Source: the human T2T-CHM13v2.0 reference genome, Homo sapiens
NCBI RefSeq assembly: GCF_009914755.1
Contig: NC_060936.1
Direction: 5' to 3' (one strand)
DNA: 64,000 bases
Shown here: in pieces, positions 17,300 through 29,174 of the stretch
How positions within the stretch are numbered: the first letter of the stretch is position 1
Layout of the letters: every line of letters starts with the position of its first letter
Program-made: the position numbers and the translations under genes
Notes under the pieces: generated by a model
Told to the model about the DNA's origin: nothing
What the model saw: the letters and a program-made list of their open reading frames with translations, nothing else
The model's database searches: none

Positions 17300-18382
17300 G
17301 ATTTAGTCAGCTGCTAAATGCACAAACTCCAGTGAAACTCAAGCACTGAATATGTAAAAGCAAAATAAATGCAAGCACAGGAGAAAAATAAAGTATATGC
17401 TTACCAAGAAAAACAATGGCCTTCTCCAAATGAAGAAAAAAATTTCCTCATTCAAACCTCTAGGTTCAAACTTCATAGACAAGGTCAACAGAGGAAAAGA
17501 GTCCTCTTCAACAAGAGATTCAAACAAGGAGGAAAAGATCTTTCCTCACCAAATCCCAAATAAAACAGAAAACAAATCAAAATTGGGAGTTCTAAGACAG
17601 ACTCTCCAAGCCGGAGAAGAAGTGACCCGTGGAAGTCAGGGTCGGCGGCCCTAAAGAGCCCCAGTGTGGGTACCTCATGCTGTAGTTCCAAGGCCTGGTG
17701 AGTCTCCTTAAGGTGAATCACCTTTGGTCCTTCCTTCTGACACCAAGTATTGATATGGCTATGATGACTGGAAGAACACTAGTGTCCTTAATCTTGCACC
17801 GAATTAGATAAAACGACTTGGACATACGTGGAGTGGTTTTAAGGAGAGGAGAGTTTAATAAGCAAGAAAGAAGGAAGAAGAAAACAGCTCCCTTGTAGAG
17901 ACAGAGGGAGGAGGGATTTAAACAAAGAGAAAACCCCATGTGCTGCAGAAAAGTGGCCACTTATATGAGGAGGCTGTAGGAGGTGGTGTTTGATTTGCAT
18001 AGGGCTAAGGGGATTGGTTTGATCAGGCATGTCACTCATGTAGCCCATGAAAAACTTGGCCCTCTTACCCTAGCCTTTTAATATGCAAATGCAGGGCATC
18101 ATGATGTTCTATACTCATGGGGATATGTGGGGGCGGCCATGTTACCAGGCACATGTCGGGGCAAGAACAGGAAGAAGAGGGCAGGAATTGCCATGATTGG
18201 GTAGACCCAGTTTCTAATGGCTGGCATTCGCACATCAAAGCTTGCCAGGCAGCTCTAAGAGCCAGCGCTTTCCTGCTAGACAAGAAACGTTTCTGGAGCT
18301 GCCTTAAAAGAAACAAAAATTGCCCAAGGACCCCTTTTTTTCCCTATCTGCCTAAAAGAATTTCTTAGTAACTCCTATAATA
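17300..18382 (-). mobile_element. LTR9/LTR9B-like LTR (17751-18382) plus adjacent proviral leader
   Basis: Minus-strand start TATTATAGGAGTTACTAAGAAATT. PBS-like TGGTGTCAGAAG follows the LTR. Confidence 0.75.
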
Positions 18383-18385
18383 GTA

Positions 18386-18817
18386 TGTCAAAGTAAAAAT
18401 AAAAATGCAGACACAAATCTCTAAATGTAGTGTTTTATTTGGGAAGAAAGAATTGCAGTTCAGGGCATACACGTGGTCTTCGGTATCTCCAAAGAGCAAA
18501 GAGAAGGTTAGAGGTTTTACATATTGCTTTTTGAGAAAGTTCATTGATATTTGTAAGGATTTGGTGAGCTGGCAAGCTCCAATTTTTGCGTGACAACAGT
18601 GTGAGCAAACATTAGTTCTAGAGTTGCAGTAAGCTACTTCAGAAGCTACAGATAAAACTGGTTTCTGGTTACAACAGGCAGTTTCAGCAGCCAGGCTTGC
18701 AGATAATTACATTCTTGGAGCAATGCTTTGTACCCAGAATGTTTTCCCATTGGATTCTCCACTCTGTTTTATTTAGGTATGAAAAGAATTACTCAATTTT
18801 TATAATCAACTTTCACA
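18386..18817 (-). mobile_element. ERV1 MER4-group solo LTR (MER67-like)
   Basis: TG...CA termini. Minus-strand start TGTGAAAGTTGATTATA. Confidence 0.6.
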
Positions 18818-19890
18818 CCTAAATTACCTCCCAAAGGCACCTCCTAATACTATACCATTGGGAGTTAGGATTTCAAATATGAATTTCAGGGAAACAGAAA
18901 CATTCTGTCCATAACATTCTGCCCATGGCAAAGTTTATGTTCTTTTTGCCTGCATTTATTCTGTAAAAAGTAAAGTAGAGGTTGCTCTTCAAAGACTTTC
19001 CTCCCTAACTAATTAGGAATAAATAGTAACTTCTCTTAGAAGCAAAATTTATTCAAAGACCTGTGCTCCTAAATATTTGCCCTGGCATGCTTATACTGGT
19101 CCAAGCAAGCATTAGGTCATAGCCTGTTCCTCTTCCTTATTTAAAAGTGTTTTTACCTTTCTCAGCATTCCACAAGTTACTTCCTCCTTCCTTTGTTCTC
19201 CTCTACCTTTGCCTCTTTTAAAAAGTTCTAAATTGCTAGCCAGTCGGGACAAATACAGAATGTGAGGTCCTGTTCCAGTCAATGGAAACTGGATACAGCA
19301 GTAGGGTGGATGCGGCAGGTTATAAATGATGCTGTCTCCTTTGTTTGGTGTACACTCGTGGCAAAACTGCTGGTGAGTATACCCTTTCTGCAGGAAGTAA
19401 AAAAAAAAATGGCCACACTAAATAAATCTATGTTCAAGTGCTATTTTTTTATGGCACTGGGGAACAAGCATTTCAAACAATTTGGTGGCAGTCTGTATGG
19501 GGATACATTCTCCTCCAGGGGTGGTCTCCAGTCCTCTCTCATGAGGGAGTGCACTCCCCTACCTCATTGAAGGGGCCCTCAGGAATGACAAATTGAGGCA
19601 AATAAACCCAGACTCTCAGCAACACAGAGAGAGAAAAAAAAAAAGAAACTGGCCAGCAACCTAGCTTAAAGGATCCTCACATACTGTGGCGACAACTTTG
19701 TGCACAGGCCAAGAAAGAAGAAGCTGTGGGAGCCAATAAAGTATTTCCTTGGTGATCGGGACTAAAAAAAAAAAAAAAAAAAAAAAGCCACAGGACGGTA
19801 AAGCATTCCTTAGTTAGGACGTACCAAGGAGAGAGAAACTGCAGGGTCAGTAGATTATTCCTTAGTCGGGATGTCTTGGAGGTTAAAAAT

Positions 19891-20011
19891 AGGTGAGAAA
19901 TCCCCATAGAAGGGGTGTTGAACCTCAGAAAGAGGTGAGAAATCCCCATGAGGCGGGTTGAACCTCAGAAAGAGGTGAGGAATCCCCATGGGAGGGGGGC
20001 GTTGAACCTCA
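19891..20011 (+). repeat. 3 x ~41-bp tandem repeat in the outer proviral leader
   Basis: aggtgagaaatccccat...gttgaacctcagaaag repeated three times. Confidence 0.9.
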
Positions 20012-21486
20012 CACAAACTCCCAGTAGTAAGAAAAATATTCAGAACCCCCCTTTCCTTTCTTCTTGGGGGAAGAAAGAATAGCCCCACTGCCACCAGTCC
20101 CTTCCCTAGGGAAAGGGGAAGGAGGGGGAAAACAGCAGCATAGGTGGCTGGCATGGAACAGGAATTAAAATAAATTACAGAATGTGTAAGCAAAAACTCA
20201 GTTGTATATAAGAAAACCCAATTCCCCCCTGAGGAAGAGAAAGAGCCGGAGTCCTTTAAAAATTAACTGCCTGTTTTCTGTGGCTAGTGAGCCTTATCTC
20301 TCCCTTTCCCAGGCATTATGAAGACCCTATTTCTCTAGCTGTGCAGCTGCAAGGTCACTAGACAGATAAACTCAAGTCATAAAACATGTTTTTCCTTGAA
20401 AAGAAATGATGTCATGTATGTCTCAATTGAATAACTGTCTTTGTTTCTTGCTTCTGTTATACGCTTCCCCCTGCACAAATCTTCCCCCACCCACGAAATG
20501 CTTAAAAGGTAACTTGACTCTTTGTTTGGGGCTCAGTCCTTTGGATGTTAATCCAAGTGGACCAGTGCACCTAAATAATAAATATCCTCCTCAATCCCTT
20601 GGTCTCTCTGATTCCTTATATATCCCGATACATTTCTGGGGGCTCATCAGGATTGGAGATGACAGATTTACTGTCCCCTTTGCCTGCGATACTAGGTCCC
20701 CGGGGCCAGGAGAGACCCGGCATCCAAGGTGTGCCACAGCTGAGCTTCACCCGGATATATAGACCAGCTCTCCCCACGTCCCAGCACCCTGCCTGGCAGC
20801 GCAATGGAACCGAGGATGGGGCTGCAGGACGATACCAGCACTTCAGGAACTGTGGTAAGGAGTATAGGCCCAAGGCAGGAAAGCCCGTCCCATAGGGACA
20901 AAGGGGAGCTTGATCACCTCCCAGGGACTGACCACTAATCCAACCCAGAGTGGCTGGGGGCAGCAGGAGTGGCCTGCCAATTTGGATGAAGCTTATGTCC
21001 CCACTAACAAAGTGAAAGTGGTTCACTGGATCTGGAGACAGGAACTGGGAGTGGTGTGTGTATGTGTGTGAATATGGGAGCCTAACTAGGCTCACCCAGG
21101 TCATGAGAGAGGCTCATTCCATCCGATGAGGACTCCTGCAGTAGGAGTGGTGTATGTGTGTGAAAGTGGGAGCCTAACTAGACTCACCCGGGACATGAGA
21201 GAGGCTCATTTCGTCCAATGAGGAATCCTGGGGCAAGGAAGGTGTGTGAAAGTGTGTGAAAGCGATGGTCTCGGGAGAGGCCAATGCAGGGAGTGACGTG
21301 GGGAGGCACAGATCCCTTAGCACGGGCTGTGTGCTCTGAGGCGAGTGTGGGGGGAAATCAGACCTAGGACATTGCATACAGCTGATAGGACGAGCTTTGC
21401 AGCTGTAGCAGGCTGTGACAGGGGAAGACACCTTCCTGGCTAAGCAGTGTCCGAAACTCCTGTAATAGGACCGGGTCTGCTGGACC

Positions 21487-21519
<33 letters not shown>

Positions 21520-21534
21520 GCCGCAAGGGAGGAA

Positions 21535-22830
21535 ATGGGAGGGAAAGCGTCAAAACCAACTCCTTTGGAGTGCATGATAAAAATTTTAAAGAAAGGATTT
21601 AGAGGTGATTGTGGGATGAAACTGGATGTTCAAAAGTTAAAGACATACTGTGAATTACAATAGCCCTCTTTTAGTGTCAGATGGCTGGCCGAAGGCACTG
21701 TAGAGAAATTGGCCGTGTGTTTTAAGGTGGTGACTAGGGTCGGAGGACAGCCAGGGCATTCAGACCTAGTCTTTATATTGACTCATGGCTAAATGTACGC
21801 AGCCCTGCCTAGCAGTTTATTGTAGAATGCTCGCAGCTCACGCCGAGATAAACCAACTGTGCTGGCAGCTACGGAGTTAAAGGGAAAGTCACAGAGGCTT
21901 CTAGCACCACCGATCCAAAAGTGAAAGTGAAAGTCAGCTGCCCTGGAAGCTATGCAGACCAAAAAAAAAAAAGAGTCTCAGGAAAGAGAAAACCAGTTTT
22001 GCAAGAATCACAGGATGGAATAGAGATCCTTCCTACCTATATTCCAATCTATCCCCCCTTACCAAGGCTAATTGCCCCTAAGGAGGTAAGTTCAAACAGA
22101 TACATGCTCCCACTCTCACCTGAGAAGGAGAAATCGGAGCTCCAGGAAGTTAAAACGAAAGGCTCAAAAAGGTAGGCAGGCCGTCTCAGGTCAAGTCATG
22201 CCCAAGTTATGCTTCTGCCTCTTAAGAGGACAAGCAGACCCCCACTAGGACCCAGACGATGCAGTCCAGCTTCAGCACCTACAAAAGTGCCGAGAAGCAC
22301 TTTTACAAAGGCTAAAGGATGTTAAAAGGAAAAGGCAACCAATATAAAAAAATCTCAGAAGTGCTCCATGGTGCAGATAAAAGCACCAGCCAGTTTTATA
22401 GGCATTTTGCTTGTACACTCTGTTTAACCCCGAGGCTGCTGAAAATCAGTGAATAGTAAATACGGCATTTGTAAGGCAGGCCCAAGGAGATATCAGGCAT
22501 AAATTGCAGAAGTTAGAAGCTCCGTAGGTGTGAATGCTACTCAGCTTATTAAAGTGGCTACCAAGGTGTACATTAACTGAGACCAGGAGGCAAAGAAGAA
22601 AGCTGATTGGAGGCTTAATAAAGGCTTATTTACAAGCAGCAGCCCTTATGGGAAGAGAGGCTGGCTTTGCAAGGAGGCATAGATGCGGGTGTGAATGCAG
22701 TTGTGGAAAAGGCTAGTCTGGACAGCAATTTGAAAGCCAGCCAAGGCTAGAGAGAGATTAATGTACATGGTGCAAAAGAAAAGGACACTAGAAGGATAAA
22801 TGTCAAAAGAATAAGGAGAATGGTCAAGGC
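21535..22830 (+). pseudogene. Decayed gag of the inner provirus
   Basis: Starts MGGKASKPTPLECMIK. CCHC zinc knuckle CTWCKRKGH*KDKC at 22762-22803. Confidence 0.85.
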
Positions 22831-22889
22831 CATGGTATGAAAAAACCACTGGCCAAGGGCTACTGCACCCAGGAGAAACCCAAGACTGC

Positions 22890-24250
22890 TGTGAAAGGCA
22901 GGATATAAAGGGTCAGAAAAAAGCTCAGATCTGCTCGAAAAGTGTCCAGTACTTAAGCTTTTACATAAGCCAAGAGGAAAGATGGCTTAGTAGTGAACAA
23001 AAGCAGGCTGTTTGTGCACTTCCTACTCCAACCACCTGGCGTCGAATAACAGAGTTCCTAAGGGCAGCAAAGTTCTTCCGCATTTAGATCCCAAATTTCT
23101 TGCTTGTGGCTAAGCCATTATACAAAGCCACAAAGAGGAGGAAAGAAGGACTCCTCCTCTAGGAGGCCAACCAGAAGAAGGCTTTTCAAAAAATCAAAGA
23201 AGCCTTGACTCAGATCCCAGCTTTAGGACTGCCAGATCTAACTAACTAAGCTTATCTTCTTGAATGTCCACAAGTGAAAGGGAGGCCATAAAGATTCTAA
23301 CTCAAGCCATAAGGTCATGGCATTGCCCAGTGACACACTTATCCAGGCAGTTAGATTCTGTGGCACTTGGATGGCCTCCTTGTTTTAAAGCACTAGCTGC
23401 TACTGCCCTACTGGCACAAGAAGCTAATAAACTGACTTTAGAGATGGTGAATACCCTAAACCCGGCTACCTTGCTCCTCATCGAGTCAGTGCCAGGAGAC
23501 CCCCTTCGTTGCTGTGTAAATGTGATAGATGAAGTGTTCTTAAGCCAGAGAGATTTGACAGATACATCCCTCAGGGACCTGGACATTGAATATTTTACTA
23601 ATGGAAGCAGTTTCATACTAAACGGAGTCCGCCAAGCTGGGTATGCAGTGGTGACTTTGGATTCAGTAGTAGAGGTGCAGTCTTTGCCTACAAAAACTTC
23701 TGCTTAGAAAGCAGAACTAATAGCTCTGACAAGAGCTCTCTGGCTAGCCAAAGACCAAAAGACAAATATTTACACATATTCCAGATATGTTTCTGCCACT
23801 TTGCATGTTCATGAGACTATTTACAAAGAAAAAATAATTTTAACTGCTGAAAGTAAAGAAATAAAGTATAAGGAAGAAATTCTAGAGCTCTTAAATGCTG
23901 TATAGGCCCCAAAAGGTGGCAGTGATGTACTGCAAGGGGCACCAAAAAGGAAGAATACTAAAGGCTAAAAAAATAAAATAAAATAAGAAAACAGACAAAG
24001 AGGCAAAGCAGGCTGCAATGACAACTCCACCTTTTAAAGAGGAAGCCTTAGCTATGCCTCTCCTCCCAGAGATTCCTCTCCTGGATATCCCAAGCTACAC
24101 TCCAAATGAAAGGGCTTATTTTGCCCAGAAAAATAAAAACTACATTAAAAGGAGATGGTAAATATTATCCAATGGGAGGCTAGCCATACCTGAAATGGTG
24201 GCCCCCAGATTTTTAAAAGAGTTCCACCAAGGAACTCACATGGAAAAAAA
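22890..24250 (+). pseudogene. pol remnants: RT 3' part, RNase H and integrase N-terminus
   Basis: LSRQLDSVALGWPPCFKALAA, YFTNGSS, AGYAVVT, FHQGTH. Confidence 0.85.
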
Positions 24251-24254
24251 TACA

Positions 24255-24720
24255 ACAACAGAAATGAGGAATGCTATATATCAAAATAGATTGGCTTTAG
24301 ATTACCTCTTAGCCTCAGGAGGAGGAGTATGTGGAAAATTTAATTTAACCAACTGTTGCCTAGAAATCGATGATAATGGTTGAGCTGTCATGGAAATCAC
24401 CGCTAGAATGCACACATTGGCCCATATTCCAGTTCAGACTTGGTCTGGGTGGTCCCCGGATTCCTTGTTTGGAGGATGGTTCTCAGCCTTTAGAGGATTC
24501 AAAAGCCTCATTGGTGGGTTCTTGGTTATTCTTGGCATCTGCCTCATCCTCCCTTGCCTTTTACCCCTGTTTATTAGAAGTATTCAGTCAACTATGGAGG
24601 CAATAGTGGCCTGATACACTACCATGCAGATGATGGCATTAACCAGATATCAGTCGCTGCTGGTAGAAGCAGCAGCTCAGCTCCACGAAGACGTGGCAAA
24701 TAGTGGTGCTTTCTGTTAAC
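24255..24720 (+). pseudogene. env TM remnant of the inner provirus
   Basis: Immunosuppressive domain [12 protein letters not shown]6CC motif ([10 protein letters not shown]), hydrophobic membrane anchor. Stop at 24383. Confidence 0.9.
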
Positions 24721-27700
24721 ACATTTGTTATAAAAAGCACCAAAGGGGGGAATGGAACAGGAATTAAAAGAAATTAAAGAATGTGTAAGCAAAAACTCAG
24801 TTGTATGTAAGAAAACCCAATTCCCCCTGAGGAAGAGAAAGAACTGGAGTCCTTTAAAAATTAACTGCCTGTTTTTCCGTGGCTAGTGAGCCTTATCTCT
24901 CCCTTTCCCAGGCATTGTGAAGACCCTGTTTCTCTAGCTGTGCAGCTGCAAGGTCACTAGACAGACAAACTCAAGTCATAAAACATGCTTTTCCTTGAAA
25001 AGTAAGAAACAATGTAATGTATGTCTCAATTGAATAACTGTCTTTGTTTCTTGCTTCTGTAATATGCTTCCCCCTGCACAAATCTTCCCCCACAGACAAA
25101 ATACTTAAAAGATAACTTGACTCTTTGTTCAGGGCTCAGTCATTTGGATGTTAATCCAACTGGGCCAGTGCACCTAAATAATAAAAATCCTCCTCAACCC
25201 CTTGGTGTTCCTGATTCCTTATCAATCCTGCTACAGGTGGAGAAAAAAGAAAGACCAGCAGAAAAGAAAAAAACTAGGAGAGGAAGTCAGAGGGAAAGAA
25301 AGCAAAAACAGCAAGCATAGAGCCAAACAGCCAGGCAGGCACGCCAAGGGGTAAGTCCCTCTCCCCAAAGAGCTTGGGGACTGGTGCCGGGAGGAGAGCA
25401 GAGGAGGTGAAAGGGCATAATTCTTGCAATTTGCGGCAGGCATCTGCCAATCCTCTGGGCCGGTGACTGCCTGGGGCCCAGACTACAGCCGGGCAAATCC
25501 CACCCACCCAGCCAGAGAAACTAAGTGTAAAAAGAAAGGAAAAAATATAAAAAGGGAAATCAGGAAAAATAAAAAACACAGGAGAAACAGACAGCTGCGT
25601 GTGCGTGGGGGTGGGGCCCGTGCCATGGCCCAGCAGGGCTCGCAGCAGGAGCAGGAGAACTTGGGAAAAGAAAGGGAAACAGGATGAGAGAGAGAGAGAG
25701 AGAGAGAGAGGAAAATAGAGCGCAAATGAGAGAGAGAGAGAAATAGAGGGAAAGAGTAAGTAAGAGAGAAACTGGAAGAGACAGAAATCAAAGGAAGATA
25801 CAGAGAGTGAAACTAGAAAAATAGTGAAAAAGGAAGGCAGAAAGTTAAGACATGCTGAAGATTGTCTGTGAAAGTCATAAGAAAAGCTATAAAAGGGAAT
25901 TTATGCAAAAAATATTGTATAACTGAAAAACAGGCCTCCTGAATGTAAAATTATTAAAAAAAGTTTATGTACAAGGTATGTAAAAAAATACTTTTAATAA
26001 CAGGATTATAAAGAGGCATAAGAATACAGATTTTTACCTACATTAAAGGCTAAACTTTTTTTCTGTTTTAAAGATTTAAGCAAGTTTTAAAATGTTAATT
26101 GTAAAGGAAATTCTGTGTGTTAACATATTGGCTAAAGTTAAAGGGGTATCATCCAGTTTTTCTGTGAACTGGATATTACAATAAAATCACTATAGATTTT
26201 TCTTAAAGCACTAACCTGCTCTTTAACAAAAATTATAAAAAGTTAAAGAATCTATAAAAGTCTTACCTTATAGTTAGACATTAAAATTGGATAAATAATG
26301 TCTACAAGATTTTATTAAAATTAAGTTGAACATCAATAGCACATTAATATAATGGTAAAATTTAACTTATCTGGTATAAAATCATACAAAAACATTGTCA
26401 AATATAAAATGGTGTTTGGCTTTCTTAAGGCCTAAAGGCAACCCGGTAAGTCACAAGGACCCTCATCCCCAAGGCCACAGAGTGCAGGGTGGTGAAGGCC
26501 ATAAGAAGGCCAAACATTAAGAGGGGGCAGGGCCACAGTGTCTCCTGGGCAGCGCTGAGCAGGAATAGAGCAAGGGGCATAACCATGAGGCCTCAAGCCC
26601 CAGGATATGCAGCAGAAATTATATACTTAATCTATCTTCCACTTTCCCTTCCCTTGGAGCTAAAAGTCTTTTAGCACAGGTAGCACCCCTAGAATTTCCA
26701 GTACACCAGCACCAGCCTGAAAACCACATCCTTATCAAAAGATAGAAAGAAAAAAAAACTCAAGCCAGCCTGGGAAGAACCCTATTTTATGCTATTAACC
26801 ACTGAGACTGCCGTCCGCACAGCCAAGAAAAAAATGGTCCCACCATACTCGAGTCAAGAAAACATCTTCCTCTCAGAATCATGGGTTACTGTACTAGGAT
26901 TAAGCCCTACTAAGTTAAAGTTAAAGAAAGCTTAATTTTCATATACCTTCTATATCGCTTCCTTTCCTTTCCGTATTTTGTTACTAGCTCCGTTGTTATT
27001 AATGTAACTAAGTCTGACTCACCTCAGACCATTGCCTTTAACTCTTGCTCTGTCATACCTTGTGGAAATGTAAAATATCAACAACAGCTAGCCTTTTCAC
27101 ACAAATATTTATGTCCCAGCCCTCTAACTGACACAGGTACCCCTAGCAGTCATTGTTGTAATGACCTGCAGCCAAGATGCTGATTTTCTGCTCCTACAGG
27201 CTGGCAACCTTGTAGTAAATGGGACCACATCCCTTAAACTACCCAGGAGCAAAGCTGGACTTCCACGAAAAAGGTTTGTGCAAATCTAAAACCCCTCATC
27301 TATTTCACTAAAAGGACTACCCCTTCTCACTGTCAGCCTTATCAGTGTAACCCTGTCCTTCTCTTTATCACCACCTCCACCTTAACTAACTCTAGACCTG
27401 CCCTTAGTCGCTTCTGTGGTATGGGGATTGACATAAATGGAAAAGACCCCCTAGGTATTTTTAAAATATGGATTTTTCCCCCATCTCCCCCTTCTTCAGT
27501 AGCCTCAGTTCTAGATCCCACACCAGTTGCTCCTACATCTAATAAAACTAGGGTGTCTATTGTAAAAATAAGATATCTAAGACAGACCTTAGCCATCAAG
27601 ACAAAATATCAAGATGCAAATTCCTGGCTGAAATGGATTAAATAATCCATTCACACTTTAAATAAAAGCGATTATTACGCTTGTACACACGGTAGGCCAG

Positions 27701-29174
27701 AGGCCCAGATTATCTCCTTTCCACTTGGATGGTCTCCTTGTCATCCAGATATGGAGTGTATGGTGGTTCTTTTTCAAAATCCCACTGCTTGGGATAATCC
27801 ATCATACTGAGCGCTCTCTGCTATTTCCTGAAATTCAACACCCTGCGGGTCAGCCTCCGAGGGCAATCCAGCTTCCACCTCTAAATGCCAAGTTTACTTT
27901 GTGCCTCTCATGGCAGGAGGAAAATTTGGCGTTCCTTGAAAGCATAAAAGGATACAAGAAGCCCAAGCCTTTCCAAGAACTTGCCCATCAGTCCATGCTT
28001 AGCCATCCCCAAGCAAATGTATAGTGGTACTGTGGAAGACCTTTACTGGACACTCGGCCAAATAACTGGAGCAGTACTTGTGCTCTAATCCAATTGGCTA
28101 TCCGCTTCACGCTGGCATTTCGTCAATCTAAAAAGGTAAAAACAAAACACCGCAGGCCAAAGGAAACTCCTTGAGTCCTTTAATCCTCAGGTTTACGTAA
28201 ATGTTATTAAGGTCCGTGAGAAGTGCCAAATAAGTTTAAAGCACAAAAATCAAATAGCTGCAAAATTTAAATCCATGTTGGTCTGGTAGGTAACCATAAA
28301 TTAAAAAAAAATTTAACTTCAATTCAATTCTCACCTCGTTTGCCCTTACTATTGGTGTACTTATTCTTGTAGACTGTTATATTATGCCCTGCCTTCAAGG
28401 TTTTATGCAAAAACTTGTCTCTGCTGCTCTTACAGAGTTAACTCCTAACTATCCTCCACCCTATTGAAAAAAAATTACCTCTCTTAGAAGGACAAAGAAT
28501 TAAGTCAAAACATATTAAACAAGACTGAGGAGGAATTATGAAATAAAAAAAGGGGGAATATTGTAAAAAGTAAAGTAGAGGTTCCTCTTCAAAGACTTTC
28601 CTCCCCATCTAATTAGAAATAAACAGTAACTTCTCTTAGAAGCAAAATTTATTCAAAGACCTGTGCTCCTAAATATTTGCCCTGGCATGCTTATACTGGT
28701 CCAAGCAAGCGTTAGGTCATAGCCTGTTCCTCTTCCTTATTTAAAAGTGTTTTTATCTTTCTCAGCATTCCACAAGTTACTTCCTCCTTCCTTTGTTCTC
28801 CTCTACCTTTGCCTCTTTTAAAAAGTTCTAAGTTGCTAGCCAATCGGGACAAATACAGAATGTGAGGTCCCGTTCCAGCCAGTGGAAACCGGACACAGCA
28901 GTAGTGTGGACATGTCAGGTTATAAATGACCCTGTCTCCTTTGTTCGGTGTACTCTCATGGCAGAACTGCTAGTGAGTGTACCCTTTCTGCAGGAAGTAA
29001 AAAATGGCCTTACTAAATAAATTAAATTTATGTTCAAGTCCTATTTCTTTATGACACCGGGGAACAAGCATTTCAAACAATTCCATTCTAATAACCCCAA
29101 GTCTTAGCTTTTTACGGAATCAATTGTAAAGTCTAAAGTCCAAAATCTTATCTAAATATCATCAAACAAGATAT

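Larger units (their letters stand above)
20154..25235 (+). mobile_element. Nested LTR15-type gammaretrovirus-like provirus, deleted (LTRs 20154-20632 and 24753-25235)
   Basis: Two ~480-bp LTRs, tRNA-Pro PBS TGGGGGCTCATCAGGAT at 20637-20653, PPT aaaggggggaa at 24742-24752, TSD ggca/ggtg. Confidence 0.92.
18962..29079 (+). mobile_element. LTR10/HERV-I-type provirus, non-autonomous (LTRs 18962-19479 and 28562-29079)
   Basis: Two ~518-bp direct repeats with TG...CA ends and a 4-bp TSD attc. Degenerate tRNA-Ile PBS at 19483-19504 and a PPT before 28562. Integrase C-terminus ~26650-26900, env remnant ~26930-28540. Confidence 0.92.

Noticed and set aside
19891-20011. Repeat array resembling CRISPR
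   Set aside because: Head-to-tail repeats with no unique spacers, inside an ERV leader in a eukaryotic genome; no cas genes.
25680-25830. (GA)n tract and AT-rich block in the outer provirus
   Set aside because: Typical filler of non-autonomous ERV1 internal regions plus a simple repeat.
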